DNA from: Escherichia phage vB_EcoP_G7C
Reading direction: 5' to 3' (one strand)
Sequence record: NC_015933.1
DNA length: 64,000 nucleotides
A program made the position numbers and the translations under genes. Numbering within the stretch: the stretch's first letter is position 1; each line of letters opens with the position of its first letter. The notes under the pieces were generated by a model. It was given only the letters and a program-made list of their open reading frames with translations. It was not told the origin of the DNA and did no database searches. This document shows, piece after piece, positions 16,309-27,077 of this stretch.

Positions 16309-18873
16309 ATGTTAGTCGCAGATACCAATCAATCAGCCACTTCAGCGACACTGGGTGGCAAAGAAGCAATCGCTTTTGCCATCTCAGATGACCCGGCATT
16401 CTTTCATGTATTAAGTACCTCCTTGTATAACAACCCTACTCTGGCAGTAGTCCGTGAGACTATCTGTAACAGTTGGGATGCTCATATTGAAGCAGGTAAG
16501 ACTGATACTCCTATCCGTATTACTATTGATACAGACAATTTTATTACCTTCCGTGACTTCGGTAATGGGATACCAGATGAACTCATTGGTTCCATTTATG
16601 GTGTCTACGGTGCATCTACCAAGAAGTCCAACAGTAGTGTTACTGGTGGCTTTGGTTTGGGATGTAAATCCCCATTCGCTTATACAGATAGCTTCCAGGT
16701 TACTTCATGGAACCAGGGAAAGATGTCAGTATATAACGTAGCTAAGGCTGCGATTGAGAATGATGGTAAACCGGGTATTGTTCCTATTGTTACTGGTATT
16801 CCTACTGAGGAATCTGGTCTGGAAGTTAAATTCCAGCTAGGTAAACATGATGTGAATACCTTTGTACATTACATCACGTCAATTGTATTTAACGGTGAGA
16901 TTAAGGCTGAGCTTAGTATTCCCAAACTTGTTCGTGAAGAAACAGGTAATAGTATTCAGCAGGGTAACTATACTCTACTGAATACGCTAGGTATGTCATT
17001 TGAACCAGGTTCATATGATATGTCTGATAAATGGTATCAAGGCTATATGGGTAACAGCACCATCTTTGTTCGCTACGGTAACGTAATGTACCCAATAGTA
17101 TCTAGCCCGGCTAGTGAAGAGGCTGTAGGTCTTATTCTCAACTTCATGAATATCATTGGAGCTGATAATTTAGTAGTTCAGGCTGCACCAGATACCTTAG
17201 CTATTGCCCCTAGTCGTGAAACGCTGTCTAACCAGAAGTTAACCGACGATGGTATTACTGCTCTATGCGTAGATTTAGTAGACCGTATGGAGAAAGAGAT
17301 TAAGGCTAAGATTCCTGAAGCTATTAAGCAGGTTGAAGAATATGCCTCCCAATCTTCTACTCGTGACTGGGAATATCCTGCTTTCTTAAGTGCTGTTACA
17401 GACAGAACTGTTCAACGCTATATGTCCTCTAGTTTGTGGGCTAAGCAGCGTAAACATCATGTTAAGCACTGGCGTAATCTATCCAATAAGGCATTACTAG
17501 CTCGCCCTGAATATGCAGGGCTTAAAAAACTGTATAGTAAGGCTATGCGTGCTCTTAAGTGTACGCGTGAAGATAAAACATACTATCAATTCCAGGATTT
17601 AGTATATCGGCATCTGCACTTACCTCAGCTTGCTGCTTTAAAAGCTACAGGTATTAAGTGGTCTGGTTACATAATGAACCAGGGTAGCAGTGTTGGCCTG
17701 GTAACAGGTAAACTTACTGACTACTTTAAGATGGGCTATAACAGCCATTTGGGTATCGGTATATTCACTACCAAGAACGTTGTAGTTACAAGACGTTTAT
17801 CTGACTGTGCAGACTCTTTTTCATACTTCCCTGATTACACCCAAGGTGATCTGAAGCGTACAGCTTTTGTTCACGTCGTTGGTCCTAAGAAAGGAGAAGC
17901 AGAAAAAGCTGTAGCTAAGTTCTCTGCTATGGGTTATCGGGTAATTGACCTTACTCAATACAATGAGTGGGACAAGCCAACTAACTTCCGCAGGGAACAG
18001 GCTAAGATAGCTGCTGAGAAGCGTGCTAAGACAATAGCTGCCAATAAAACCAAAGCAGGGGGTAAAACTAATGCACTGGTTTCATTGAATGCAGTACTTG
18101 GTACTACCCCTGTACGAGATAAAAGCGGTGATTTGGTATCTAAACCATACATTGACAAGGATTTTGCTGACCCAAGATTCCATGAGGAACCTAGATTCGT
18201 TGAGGTGGATCTGCCTAAGTACTACGTACCAGCCAGTCAGGTTGTTTCTGGTAGACCAGCAACTGCCAAGATTGGAACCATGTGGAAATGGTATGAATTA
18301 TCCGATGAGATGAAAGCAGAAACTGTTGTCTGTCGTAATCAAATCGAAGTTAACAAAGCCAAACGTCGTGGTGCTATTCACATTGACGATATTCGTCTTA
18401 ATGAATTGATGTCTGTTATTACCAGCAAGGGATTCAAGAAGTACGCCACTGAACAACGTAACGGTGTTCTTGAGTATCTTGATTTAAATGACAAAGAATA
18501 CTGTGAAATCCTCGACATTCTTGGACTAACATTCAAACCATTACAGAGTCTGGTTCTTAAACCAGAGTACGAATGGGCATGTGACTTCCTAAGAAATCAT
18601 TCAAGTAACAAAGATAAACTGGTTGAGATGGGCCTCATTAAGTCAGTAGATGACTTGGAACCATATGTAAGGATGGTTAATCCTCGTATGCATAAGTATT
18701 TCAAAGTACTTAACGAGTACAAAGGGTTATTTAGATATAGCTGGAATGATAATGACATCCTGCAAAGCCTGGATTTGAGTAGATTAATCAAACATCTCAA
18801 GAAAAATCCAGAGGATATTCCTGGGTTTAAGCCCCTCTACCGTAATCGTTTAAATAAACTGAAAGGTAAATAA
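16309..18873 (+). CDS. rIIA: rIIA-like protein with N-terminal GHKL-type ATPase fold
   Basis: N-terminal ETICNSWDAH...FRDFGNGIPDE resembles HATPase_c N and G1 boxes as in rIIA; size 854 aa; followed by rIIB-sized ORF. Confidence 0.7.
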   Translation: MLVADTNQSATSATLGGKEAIAFAISDDPAFFHVLSTSLYNNPTLAVVRETICNSWDAHIEAGKTDTPIRITIDTDNFITFRDFGNGIPDELIGSIYGVYGASTKKSNSSVTGGFGLGCKSPFAYTDSFQVTSWNQGKMSVYNVAKAAIENDGKPGIVPIVTGIPTEESGLEVKFQLGKHDVNTFVHYITSIVFNGEIKAELSIPKLVREETGNSIQQGNYTLLNTLGMSFEPGSYDMSDKWYQGYMGNSTIFVRYGNVMYPIVSSPASEEAVGLILNFMNIIGADNLVVQAAPDTLAIAPSRETLSNQKLTDDGITALCVDLVDRMEKEIKAKIPEAIKQVEEYASQSSTRDWEYPAFLSAVTDRTVQRYMSSSLWAKQRKHHVKHWRNLSNKALLARPEYAGLKKLYSKAMRALKCTREDKTYYQFQDLVYRHLHLPQLAALKATGIKWSGYIMNQGSSVGLVTGKLTDYFKMGYNSHLGIGIFTTKNVVVTRRLSDCADSFSYFPDYTQGDLKRTAFVHVVGPKKGEAEKAVAKFSAMGYRVIDLTQYNEWDKPTNFRREQAKIAAEKRAKTIAANKTKAGGKTNALVSLNAVLGTTPVRDKSGDLVSKPYIDKDFADPRFHEEPRFVEVDLPKYYVPASQVVSGRPATAKIGTMWKWYELSDEMKAETVVCRNQIEVNKAKRRGAIHIDDIRLNELMSVITSKGFKKYATEQRNGVLEYLDLNDKEYCEILDILGLTFKPLQSLVLKPEYEWACDFLRNHSSNKDKLVEMGLIKSVDDLEPYVRMVNPRMHKYFKVLNEYKGLFRYSWNDNDILQSLDLSRLIKHLKKNPEDIPGFKPLYRNRLNKLKGK

Positions 18874-18877
18874 TCTG

Positions 18878-20923
18878 ATGAAAATCGAATTGATTTCTAT
18901 CATCGCACTGGCAGTTGACAGTCGAAACCTCACACTGTGGAAGCCAGATGGCTCCACGGTTGTATATCCTCAGAGCGACCCACGGGTTGCTCGTATTGTA
19001 TCTGAAGCACAGACCAAAGGTCTTGGTACTACCCAGGACCAAATAGAAGTAAACATTGCACCAGAAGTAGAGCTACGTACTGAATATCTGGAAGCAGAGA
19101 AGAACACCAACGGATTCGTTCGCTTCTTTAAGGTAGCTAAAGCTAAACTCAAAGAGTTCTTCGAAGATGGTACAGGTGTTTCACCAGCCCGTACCGTTTC
19201 AGATATTAAGCTGGGTAATCCTACTAAGACGCTGGTATCTAAAGCTATGGATACCTTCCTGGCTGTTCAGGCTAATGAACCGGAGGTAACAGTAGCAGAT
19301 GGTTACTACGACAAACGTGACAATCTGATGTGGGTTACTGGCTGGGATAAAGACCATAACCATCTTGCACTGGTTCGTTTTATTAACGACGTACTTTGTT
19401 GGAGTCATAAACATACTGATCTTACTCTTAGACAAGAATGGCCTATTGCAATTCGTGCAGTATCTGACGATGAAATGGGGGAGTTTGCTAAACAAGCTCA
19501 GAACATCAAAGGTGTACACGTTGTATTTACCAATCGTGGGGAAACACCACTGCCTTACGTGGAAGTAGCTAAAACTACGAACCAGGATAAGCTGGCTGCT
19601 GCTTCTGAGAAACTGGCTGCATTGGGTGCTATCAGCACCGATGATGCTAACTTCCACACTGATGTGAAGGAAGATGAAGTGGTTGTTGCTGTTACCAACA
19701 ATGGGGTTATCCCTGGGGTTGAGAACCTGCAACGTCACCTGCGTCAATCTGCCAAACTGAAAGACTACAAGGGCTTTACTAAGTTCCTTGAGCGTCTGGC
19801 TCCGGTTATTAAAGACCGCCTGCACTCAGTGGAAGACCTGATGAAGTTCATGGAAACTGCTGAACTGCCTATCGCTGATGATGGCTCTATCCTGTTTCTG
19901 AAACGCCTTGAGTTCAGAGGTGAAGAAAATGGTAAACGTGTATTCGTTGACTGTCACTCGGGTAACATCCGTCAGTGGGTAGGCTGTAAAGTACAGGTAC
20001 GGGAAGACCTGGTAGACCCTGACCGTCGTCAGGACTGCTCTAATGGTCTGCACGTAGCATCCATGAGTTACATTCGTACCTTCGGTGGTAACGTAACTAT
20101 CCTTGGTAAAGTAGCACCAGAAGATGTATTTGCTGTTCCTGAGTACAACACTAATAAGATGCGTGTAGCTGCGTATCACATTATTGCTGAACTACCGGAA
20201 GAGGAACGTTGCAACGTTAACAATGGCATTTATCTGTCTAAAACAGAAGTGGGTAAGAAACTGCTTAATGATGCCATCGTTGGGAACCATAGTTCACCTA
20301 CCACACTCGTTATGGTTGGTGGGCATCATGGCACTAACCTCAAATACACCAATCTCTCGTCTGGTTCTGTAGAACAGTTCCGTACAGTTGCTAATAAAGA
20401 GGCACTGAATATGGAAGAGTCACTGAATGAAGCTGTAGCTGCTGAACCAGTGAAGGCTACTGACCTTAAACCTATTGTTAATAAGGCTCCTACCGTGAAA
20501 GAACAAATCCAGGAACTGATTAAAGAGTTCCTTAACGCAACTACTCCGGAAGATAAATTAGCTGCTGCTGATTTGCTTGTGGAAATGCGAGGTAAGGCTC
20601 GTAAGCCATGGGCTGCTTTAGGTGTTGGTTCCGATGTGGTATCTAAGATTGCTGATGTGCGTAGTACTCGCATTCCTGCACCGAAAGCTGTACCAGTGAA
20701 GCAAGCTAAGGTTCATCGCTCGGCTACTGCTACTAAGGTAGCACCGTCTGGTAAACACGCTGATAACCTGCGTAGCATCCTGAACGATACGTCCTACTCT
20801 GACTATCAGAAAGGTCATGCTCTACAAGACTATAAGCGTCATGCCAAGAAGTCATTCACTGCAATGGGTCTGACTGAAGAAGAAGCTAAGTTGGCTACCA
20901 AGCTGGCCAAGGCCGTTAAGTAA
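18878..20923 (+). CDS. rIIB: rIIB-like protein (assignment by position after rIIA)
   Basis: Large ORF directly downstream of rIIA-like gene, as in N4-type phages; no motif-level support. Confidence 0.45.
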   Translation: MKIELISIIALAVDSRNLTLWKPDGSTVVYPQSDPRVARIVSEAQTKGLGTTQDQIEVNIAPEVELRTEYLEAEKNTNGFVRFFKVAKAKLKEFFEDGTGVSPARTVSDIKLGNPTKTLVSKAMDTFLAVQANEPEVTVADGYYDKRDNLMWVTGWDKDHNHLALVRFINDVLCWSHKHTDLTLRQEWPIAIRAVSDDEMGEFAKQAQNIKGVHVVFTNRGETPLPYVEVAKTTNQDKLAAASEKLAALGAISTDDANFHTDVKEDEVVVAVTNNGVIPGVENLQRHLRQSAKLKDYKGFTKFLERLAPVIKDRLHSVEDLMKFMETAELPIADDGSILFLKRLEFRGEENGKRVFVDCHSGNIRQWVGCKVQVREDLVDPDRRQDCSNGLHVASMSYIRTFGGNVTILGKVAPEDVFAVPEYNTNKMRVAAYHIIAELPEEERCNVNNGIYLSKTEVGKKLLNDAIVGNHSSPTTLVMVGGHHGTNLKYTNLSSGSVEQFRTVANKEALNMEESLNEAVAAEPVKATDLKPIVNKAPTVKEQIQELIKEFLNATTPEDKLAAADLLVEMRGKARKPWAALGVGSDVVSKIADVRSTRIPAPKAVPVKQAKVHRSATATKVAPSGKHADNLRSILNDTSYSDYQKGHALQDYKRHAKKSFTAMGLTEEEAKLATKLAKAVK

Positions 20924-20985
20924 TAGCCTGTTCAAATGCCCTCACTTATAATAAAGTGAGGGTAAATTTGAAGAGGAAGTGTACT

Positions 20986-21381
20986 ATGAGTTCTGTATAC
21001 AGAGTTAATCGCAAAGCAACTGATGAAGACATCATTCGTATGAATGCTGTTGGTCTATCCCTCGCAACTATCGCTAAGACGTTGGGGGTTCACCCCACTA
21101 CGGTTACTCTGCGATTGCGTTCTTTAAACATTGAACCAGCCGACACACGTCGGACGTTCATGGAGAATGTACTCCGTCCATTACCAACCCATGTGGTAGA
21201 TTGGCTATCAGAGCAAGTTGGTCCTGCTTATGAGATTCGTTCATATGTAAGGGACTTGATTCTGGAGGCATATAATAATCGCCACCTTAACCAAGAGAGT
21301 GAGCATGACAAGTTCATCCGTTTGTACGCTGGAAAACACACGGCAATGGTTTCTAAAAGCCGTACCAAATCCGACGAGTAA
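20986..21381 (+). CDS. Putative HTH DNA-binding protein (131 aa from ATG; track 20956..21381)
   Basis: NAVGLSLATIAKTLGVHPTTVTLRLRSL helix-turn-helix-like segment; GAGGA RBS. Confidence 0.45.
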   Translation: MSSVYRVNRKATDEDIIRMNAVGLSLATIAKTLGVHPTTVTLRLRSLNIEPADTRRTFMENVLRPLPTHVVDWLSEQVGPAYEIRSYVRDLILEAYNNRHLNQESEHDKFIRLYAGKHTAMVSKSRTKSDE

Positions 21382-21760
21382 GAACATTAGTACCCAGATT
21401 GGTTGTCATCTGGAAGAAGTAGAAGAAATGCTTCAGACCATTTATCCAAATGGTAGCTACGATGCAGAACTACTACAACGTGCACAGGATGCCATTACAA
21501 ATCTGGCAAACCATATGAAGCGTAATGACGATGCCTACCGTATTGATGGTAGTACCAACTTGCTGGATGCACTAGCAGACCAGATTGTTACAGCAACTGG
21601 CGTCGGTACTTTCCTTGGGATGAATGTCCCTGGAGCATTGGCTGAAGTCAATCGCTCAAACTATTCCAAGTTCGAAGATGGAGAACCTATCTTCAACGAG
21701 AACAAGAAAGTCATGAAGGGGAAAGATTACACTCCCCCTGATTTAAAACCTTACATCTAA
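21305..21760 (+). CDS. MazG-like nucleoside triphosphate pyrophosphohydrolase; 5-prime end overlaps upstream ORF by about 77 nt
   Basis: HLEEVEEM (EExxE metal-binding motif) and downstream ALADQIVTATGV...EVNRSNYSKF typical of MazG/HisE-like NTP-PPases; start codon uncertain. Confidence 0.5.
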   Translation: MTSSSVCTLENTRQWFLKAVPNPTSKNISTQIGCHLEEVEEMLQTIYPNGSYDAELLQRAQDAITNLANHMKRNDDAYRIDGSTNLLDALADQIVTATGVGTFLGMNVPGALAEVNRSNYSKFEDGEPIFNENKKVMKGKDYTPPDLKPYI

Positions 21761-21782
21761 CCCTCTACGGAGGGTTTTTTAC
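21759..21782 (+). terminator. Intrinsic terminator
   Basis: AACCCTC-TACG-GAGGGTT then TTTTT. Confidence 0.65.
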
Positions 21783-21793
21783 TGGAGATTTAA

Positions 21794-23104
21794 ATGTTTT
21801 CCAAACCTACCAAAGCCCCATTGAACCAGGGGCAAGAAGCGGTTGCGAAGGAGTTCTTCGACTTCCTGCTCGACCCTAATGCCACAGAGTTCGGAATAAG
21901 TGGACCTGGAGGAACTGGTAAGACATTCCTGATGTCGCACCTCATTGATGACACTATGCCTGCATATATGGAAACCTGTTCTCTAATGGGAACCAAGCCT
22001 CTGTATAACGAAGTTGTCATGACTGCGACCACGAACAAAGCTGCTGAAGTTCTGGCTCAAGCTACTGGACGTCCAACGTCTACCTATCATTCCTTCCAGG
22101 GACTGATTGTTAAGAATGACTTTAAAACCGGTGAGGCTAATGTCGTACCGTCTAAGTCATTCAATATTAAGAAGAACAAGATTATCTTCGTAGATGAAGC
22201 ATCCATGATTGACCGTCAGTTACTTAAGTATGCACGTGAAGGTACTCACCAGTGCAAACTGGTATTCGTAGGTGATGCTTCTCAGCTTCTGCCTGTTAAA
22301 GAGAGTAAGTCTCCAGTGTATGCTGGCAATATCCCAACACACTATCTGACTGAACAGATGCGTACCGATACACCGGAACTCAAAGCATTGCACCAGCAAT
22401 TGCGTGATACGGTGGAAGGTAAGACAGGCTTCCTGCCTATTAAATGTATTCCAGGCATTATTGACTGGGTACAAGGGGAAGAGATGGAGAAACTGGTTCT
22501 CAGTCACTTCACCCAACCCACCAATAGCCGTATTGTTGCTTACACCAATGACCAGGTTATTAATTACAATAACTACATTCGTGAAGCTAATGGCTACGTA
22601 GGTGAATACTCCATTGGTGAACAACTAGTTTCTAACTCAGCTGTTCGCTTGGGCGGGGAAGACCGTCTGTCTATCGAGCAGGACGTAAAACTCATTGACC
22701 AAGATAGCAGTACTCGCATGATTAAGGTTACAGGCGACCTGGAACTGGAAGTCCGTGATAGTACTCTAGACCTTGGTTATGGTGGTATTGTTAGTGAAGT
22801 ACCAGTTCCTACCGACCCAGACTACTTCAACCGTTTGGTTAAGTGGTTAGGTAAAGAGAAGAACTGGGAACCTTACTTCCGCCTTAAAGAAACCATTCCA
22901 GACCTGCGTGCTACTCATGCATGTACTGTTCATAAATCACAAGGCTCTACTTACGACACAATCTTCATTGATGCAAATGACCTCTCAAGCTGTCGCCAAC
23001 CTGATATGGTTGCCCGTCTGCTTTACGTCGCTGTGTCTCGTGCCCGTAAGCGAGTAGTGTTCTATGGCAATCTTGCCAGTAAGTATGGTGGTCTAACTTT
23101 CTAA
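21794..23104 (+). CDS. Dda/RecD-like superfamily 1 DNA helicase
   Basis: Walker A GPGGTGKT; C-terminal TVHKSQGSTYDTIFI motif typical of RecD/Dda helicases. Confidence 0.75.
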   Translation: MFSKPTKAPLNQGQEAVAKEFFDFLLDPNATEFGISGPGGTGKTFLMSHLIDDTMPAYMETCSLMGTKPLYNEVVMTATTNKAAEVLAQATGRPTSTYHSFQGLIVKNDFKTGEANVVPSKSFNIKKNKIIFVDEASMIDRQLLKYAREGTHQCKLVFVGDASQLLPVKESKSPVYAGNIPTHYLTEQMRTDTPELKALHQQLRDTVEGKTGFLPIKCIPGIIDWVQGEEMEKLVLSHFTQPTNSRIVAYTNDQVINYNNYIREANGYVGEYSIGEQLVSNSAVRLGGEDRLSIEQDVKLIDQDSSTRMIKVTGDLELEVRDSTLDLGYGGIVSEVPVPTDPDYFNRLVKWLGKEKNWEPYFRLKETIPDLRATHACTVHKSQGSTYDTIFIDANDLSSCRQPDMVARLLYVAVSRARKRVVFYGNLASKYGGLTF

Positions 23105-23114
23105 GGGAGGGTAT

Positions 23115-23645
23115 ATGCCTCAGATTGGTTCAGCGACTATTGGTCAGGTTGCCAATAGTAGTGAGATAGTCAAACACCTGTTCTTAGCAGAACTGGTTCG
23201 TCTTGATGGTGTGTTAAACGGCATTATTGATAAGAATGATCGTATCAATGGCGTAGACGTATCGGCTGGATTTCTTCATCAAGGGGAGTTCTATCAGCGT
23301 TCTAACGCTACCAGACCTCCAACCTACGGTGAGCGATTAACACTTAATCCAGAACTTTGGCCTGCAATGGACAAGTATCTGAAAGCCTCCAGTCGTCTGA
23401 TTATGGAAGTACACCTTGTGAACCAGACTGTATATCGTCTGGTTCGTGGTTGTATGTCCTATCAGGATGTACGTGATGCTTTACCTGAATGTCTGGTAGC
23501 ACAAGACCAGACTGGTCAGTACAAAGGACTACCACGTACTCGTGAAGCTGCTTGGACTCTTGCTGGTGATGCTATGGCAATCAAACAGTATGAGAAGATT
23601 CTTCCCTCTATCGAGTACTATGCAGCTTCACATCTGATTTTCTAA
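23115..23645 (+). CDS. Hypothetical protein (176 aa)
   Basis: GGAGGG RBS. Confidence 0.45.
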   Translation: MPQIGSATIGQVANSSEIVKHLFLAELVRLDGVLNGIIDKNDRINGVDVSAGFLHQGEFYQRSNATRPPTYGERLTLNPELWPAMDKYLKASSRLIMEVHLVNQTVYRLVRGCMSYQDVRDALPECLVAQDQTGQYKGLPRTREAAWTLAGDAMAIKQYEKILPSIEYYAASHLIF

Positions 23646-23654
23646 GGTAAAGCT

Positions 23655-26234
23655 ATGCGTTACATCACCTCTCAGGATACTGGCAAGTATCCTATTGCTA
23701 TCCTCGGTCATCAAATCCGAAGGGAGGAGATGATTAAAACCTACCTGCTGCCTTATGACCTAAGCATGGAAGATTTCATCTTCCTTGAACTTCATTCTGC
23801 CCCTGGCAAGAAGAAGACCCCTGCAAGGGAGATTAAGGAGTTCATACAGCAGGAACTACAGCAAGTACTGGATGATGCAGAGACTCAATACATTATCTGT
23901 ACCGATTCTGACTACTTCAAAATACTGACTAAAGAAGCTAAAGCAGAGGCTAACCTCGGCTATGTTTGTGATTCAGTATGGGGTAAGCAGAAGGTTATCT
24001 ATACACCTAGCTACAGACAGGTCTTTTATGACCCACCTGTAGTGAAAGCCAAGATTGCTCAGGGAATGGATGCATTACTTAACCACATTCGCGGACAGTA
24101 TGCTGAACCAGGGCAGGGAATCATTGAGTTTGAAGCCTACCCAGATACACCCGAAAAGATTAAAGCCTGGTTGGACCAGTTGCTTGAGATGAATAAGCCT
24201 CTGGCTATAGACATCGAATCATTCGGTTTAAAGCACTATAACGCAGGCATAGGAACGATTACGTTCTGTTGGAGTAAGACACAAGGCATAGCCTTTAATG
24301 TGGACTACGAGCCAATTAAGGGAGCTACTGAAGCACCTTATGGGCGTATAAACAGGAATGATGTTGTTCGTAACCTGTTACGCGAGTTCTTCATTAAGTA
24401 CACCCAACGGCAGATGTATCACAACATTAGCTATGACGTGTACATACTTATCTATCAGTTATTCATGGATAACCTGATTGATACGGAAGGCTTACTACAT
24501 GGCATGGAAATCATGCTACGTAACTGGGACTGTACTAAGTTAATCACCTACCTGGCTACTAACAGTTGTGCCGGTAATCACCTTAGTCTGAAAGACCAGG
24601 CTCAGGAGTATGCTGGTAACTATGCTCAGGATGATATTAAAGACATACGTCTTATTCCTAATGAGCAACTGTTACGCTACAACCTCATTGATGGTTTGTG
24701 TACGTGGTACACCTACGAGAAGCACTGGGATACTCTCATTGCTGATGACCAACTAGATGTTTACAACAACATCTTTAAACCAGCCTGTGAAGACATTATT
24801 CAGATGCAGTTAACCGGTATGCCCATGAATATGGAAACCGTTAACCAAGTGGCTGAAGAGATGGAAACTGACAGGAACCAGGCTTTGAAAACTATTCGTG
24901 AGTCTAAGCTCATGAAGAATTTCACCCTGATGCTTCGTCAGGAATGGGTAGACGATAAGAATGCTAAGCTTAAGAAGAAGCAAGTAACATTGGCTGATTG
25001 TGACATTGAGTTTAATCCTAACTCCGGTCCTCAATTACAGAAACTGTTATTTGATTATATTGGCTTACCGGTTCTTGGTCTTACTAAGAGCAAGCAACCT
25101 GCTACTGACGGTGACACTATTAAAGCACTGCGTACACATACGCAGAGTGAAGATGTTAAGGAACTGCTCAATGCACTTATCGACTATAAACTCGTGGATA
25201 AGATTATCACTAGTTTTATACCAGCTTTCAGGAATGCCCAACCGGGGCCGGATGGCTGGCACTATCTGTTCGGAAACCTCAATCTGGGAGGCACAGTCTC
25301 CGGTAGGCTATCGGCTTCAGAGCCAAATCTACAAACAATTCCATCCGGTTCTAAATATGCCAAGAAGATTAAGAAATGCTTCGAAGCCCCTCCTGGCTGG
25401 ATATTTTGCGGTTTGGACTTCGCCTCGCTGGAAGACAGAATATCTGCATTGACTACCAAAGACCCCCAGAAGCTGAAGGTGTATACCGATGGCTATGATG
25501 GTCATAGTCTTCGTGCGTATGCTTACTTTGGTGAGCAGATGCCAGACATAGTAGACACAGTTGAGTCAATCAATTCTATTCAGACGAAGTACAAGCACTT
25601 GCGTAGTGATTCTAAAGCCCCAACTTTCTTGCTTACCTATGGTGGCACGTACATGGGCTTGATGAAAAACTGTGGCTTCTCAGAAGAGAAAGCTAAGACA
25701 ACAGAGAAACGTTATCACGACCTCTATGTAGTTAGTGATGCGTGGGTTCAGGCTAAGCTAGATGAAGCTGCCAAAACTGGTTATGTTACTGCTGCATTTG
25801 GTTTGAGAGTGCGTACTCCTTTACTGGCTCAGGTATTACGTGGGACATGTAAGACTCCATATGAAGCAGAAGCTGAAGGTAGGACTGCTGGTAATGCCTT
25901 GGGGCAAAGCTGGTGTCTACTGAATAACCGTGCTGGTTCAGAATTTATGCGTAAAGTCAGAGCCAGTGAGTTCAGATTAGATATACGCCCTAGTATTCAC
26001 ATTCATGATGCTCAGTACTTCATGATTCGTGACAATATGGATACCTTGCAGTACACGAACAAGCACTTGGTGGAAGCCGTTAACTGGCAAGACCATCCTG
26101 ATATTGCTCATCCAGAAGTTGGTTTGGGTGGGGAACTATCCTTGTTTTACCCAACGTGGGCTAACGAGATTGAGATTCCAAATCACGCTACCCCAGAAGA
26201 AGTTCATCAAATAATTCAAAAGGCATTCGCATGA
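23655..26234 (+). CDS. Family A DNA polymerase (Pol I-like)
   Basis: GLDFASLEDRISA (motif A-like), KAPTFLLTYGG (motif B-like), HIHDAQYF (motif C-like); 859 aa. Confidence 0.85.
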   Translation: MRYITSQDTGKYPIAILGHQIRREEMIKTYLLPYDLSMEDFIFLELHSAPGKKKTPAREIKEFIQQELQQVLDDAETQYIICTDSDYFKILTKEAKAEANLGYVCDSVWGKQKVIYTPSYRQVFYDPPVVKAKIAQGMDALLNHIRGQYAEPGQGIIEFEAYPDTPEKIKAWLDQLLEMNKPLAIDIESFGLKHYNAGIGTITFCWSKTQGIAFNVDYEPIKGATEAPYGRINRNDVVRNLLREFFIKYTQRQMYHNISYDVYILIYQLFMDNLIDTEGLLHGMEIMLRNWDCTKLITYLATNSCAGNHLSLKDQAQEYAGNYAQDDIKDIRLIPNEQLLRYNLIDGLCTWYTYEKHWDTLIADDQLDVYNNIFKPACEDIIQMQLTGMPMNMETVNQVAEEMETDRNQALKTIRESKLMKNFTLMLRQEWVDDKNAKLKKKQVTLADCDIEFNPNSGPQLQKLLFDYIGLPVLGLTKSKQPATDGDTIKALRTHTQSEDVKELLNALIDYKLVDKIITSFIPAFRNAQPGPDGWHYLFGNLNLGGTVSGRLSASEPNLQTIPSGSKYAKKIKKCFEAPPGWIFCGLDFASLEDRISALTTKDPQKLKVYTDGYDGHSLRAYAYFGEQMPDIVDTVESINSIQTKYKHLRSDSKAPTFLLTYGGTYMGLMKNCGFSEEKAKTTEKRYHDLYVVSDAWVQAKLDEAAKTGYVTAAFGLRVRTPLLAQVLRGTCKTPYEAEAEGRTAGNALGQSWCLLNNRAGSEFMRKVRASEFRLDIRPSIHIHDAQYFMIRDNMDTLQYTNKHLVEAVNWQDHPDIAHPEVGLGGELSLFYPTWANEIEIPNHATPEEVHQIIQKAFA

Positions 26235-26536
26235 CTAAAAGTACTAAAGAAACCATCGTCAAAAAATATCATTGGATGGTGGCAGCACAGGTAATCTTCC
26301 AGCTCCCTAAAGCTGATGATGGTTCTCTGCTTACCATGAACACAATGCTGCTCACTACCGAACCTCATGTGACCTATAAAGATTTGGCTCGTGCCAATCA
26401 TTCCCTGAAAATTAGTCTGGACCAGCGTTTCGACACCTCAGTTGACCTGAAAGACATTGTTTATCTGTCTCTTAGCAACCTGGGTCTGATGTCTGAACCA
26501 GAGTTCCAGGCAAACATGATTCCCAAGGGGGAATAA
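26231..26536 (+). CDS. Hypothetical protein (101 aa)
   Basis: Start overlaps polymerase stop. Confidence 0.45.
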   Translation: MTKSTKETIVKKYHWMVAAQVIFQLPKADDGSLLTMNTMLLTTEPHVTYKDLARANHSLKISLDQRFDTSVDLKDIVYLSLSNLGLMSEPEFQANMIPKGE

Positions 26537-27006
26537 TGACTAAGCTCTCCGGTGGCCTTAATAACTACTATGTAGTTTCAATTAAGAATCCCCAACGGAA
26601 AGAGCAAGAGCCATATCAAGCAGAGTGTGAGGATATTATCCAAGCACTGGGCATGACCTTCGATGAAGGTTGTGCCTTTAAAGCTCTATGGCGAAATGCT
26701 GCTGCCCGTATGGGTAATGGTAAACCAGGTAATAAAGCCCTGTATGACTGTGAGAAGCTAGTTCATTACGCTAATCGTATTCTCGCTAAAGAAAGGTTAG
26801 CGGAGGAACCAGCAGTCAAAGATGTCCTTAACTCTGTGTGTAATAATTGGATTTACTCTAACGAGAAACCTCTGCTCACTAAACCATTTACGTTTATTGA
26901 GGTTATCTTCAAAGACCAGACTATCCCTATTCCAAGCACTTACCTTGCGAATAACATTGGAGCAATTCCTTGGGATAATGTACAGAAATACAGGATTACT
27001 TACTGA
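26536..27006 (+). CDS. Hypothetical protein (156 aa)
   Basis: ATGA overlap with upstream gene. Confidence 0.45.
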   Translation: MTKLSGGLNNYYVVSIKNPQRKEQEPYQAECEDIIQALGMTFDEGCAFKALWRNAAARMGNGKPGNKALYDCEKLVHYANRILAKERLAEEPAVKDVLNSVCNNWIYSNEKPLLTKPFTFIEVIFKDQTIPIPSTYLANNIGAIPWDNVQKYRITY

Positions 27007-27077
27007 TGAAGATAACCAACAACCATGATGTCTCACTAGCTCTGGCTGTATGGCTATTGCATGATGAGTAACTAATT

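Noticed and set aside
19199-20818. Minus-strand ORFs antisense to the rIIB-like gene (19199..19825, 19826..20179, 20326..20673)
   Set aside because: Antisense to a long + strand ORF in a + strand-only block; no RBS; low-complexity translations.
25000-25452. 150-aa + strand out-of-frame ORF and several minus-strand ORFs within the DNA polymerase gene
   Set aside because: Embedded in a gene with clear family-A polymerase motifs in another frame; no independent support.
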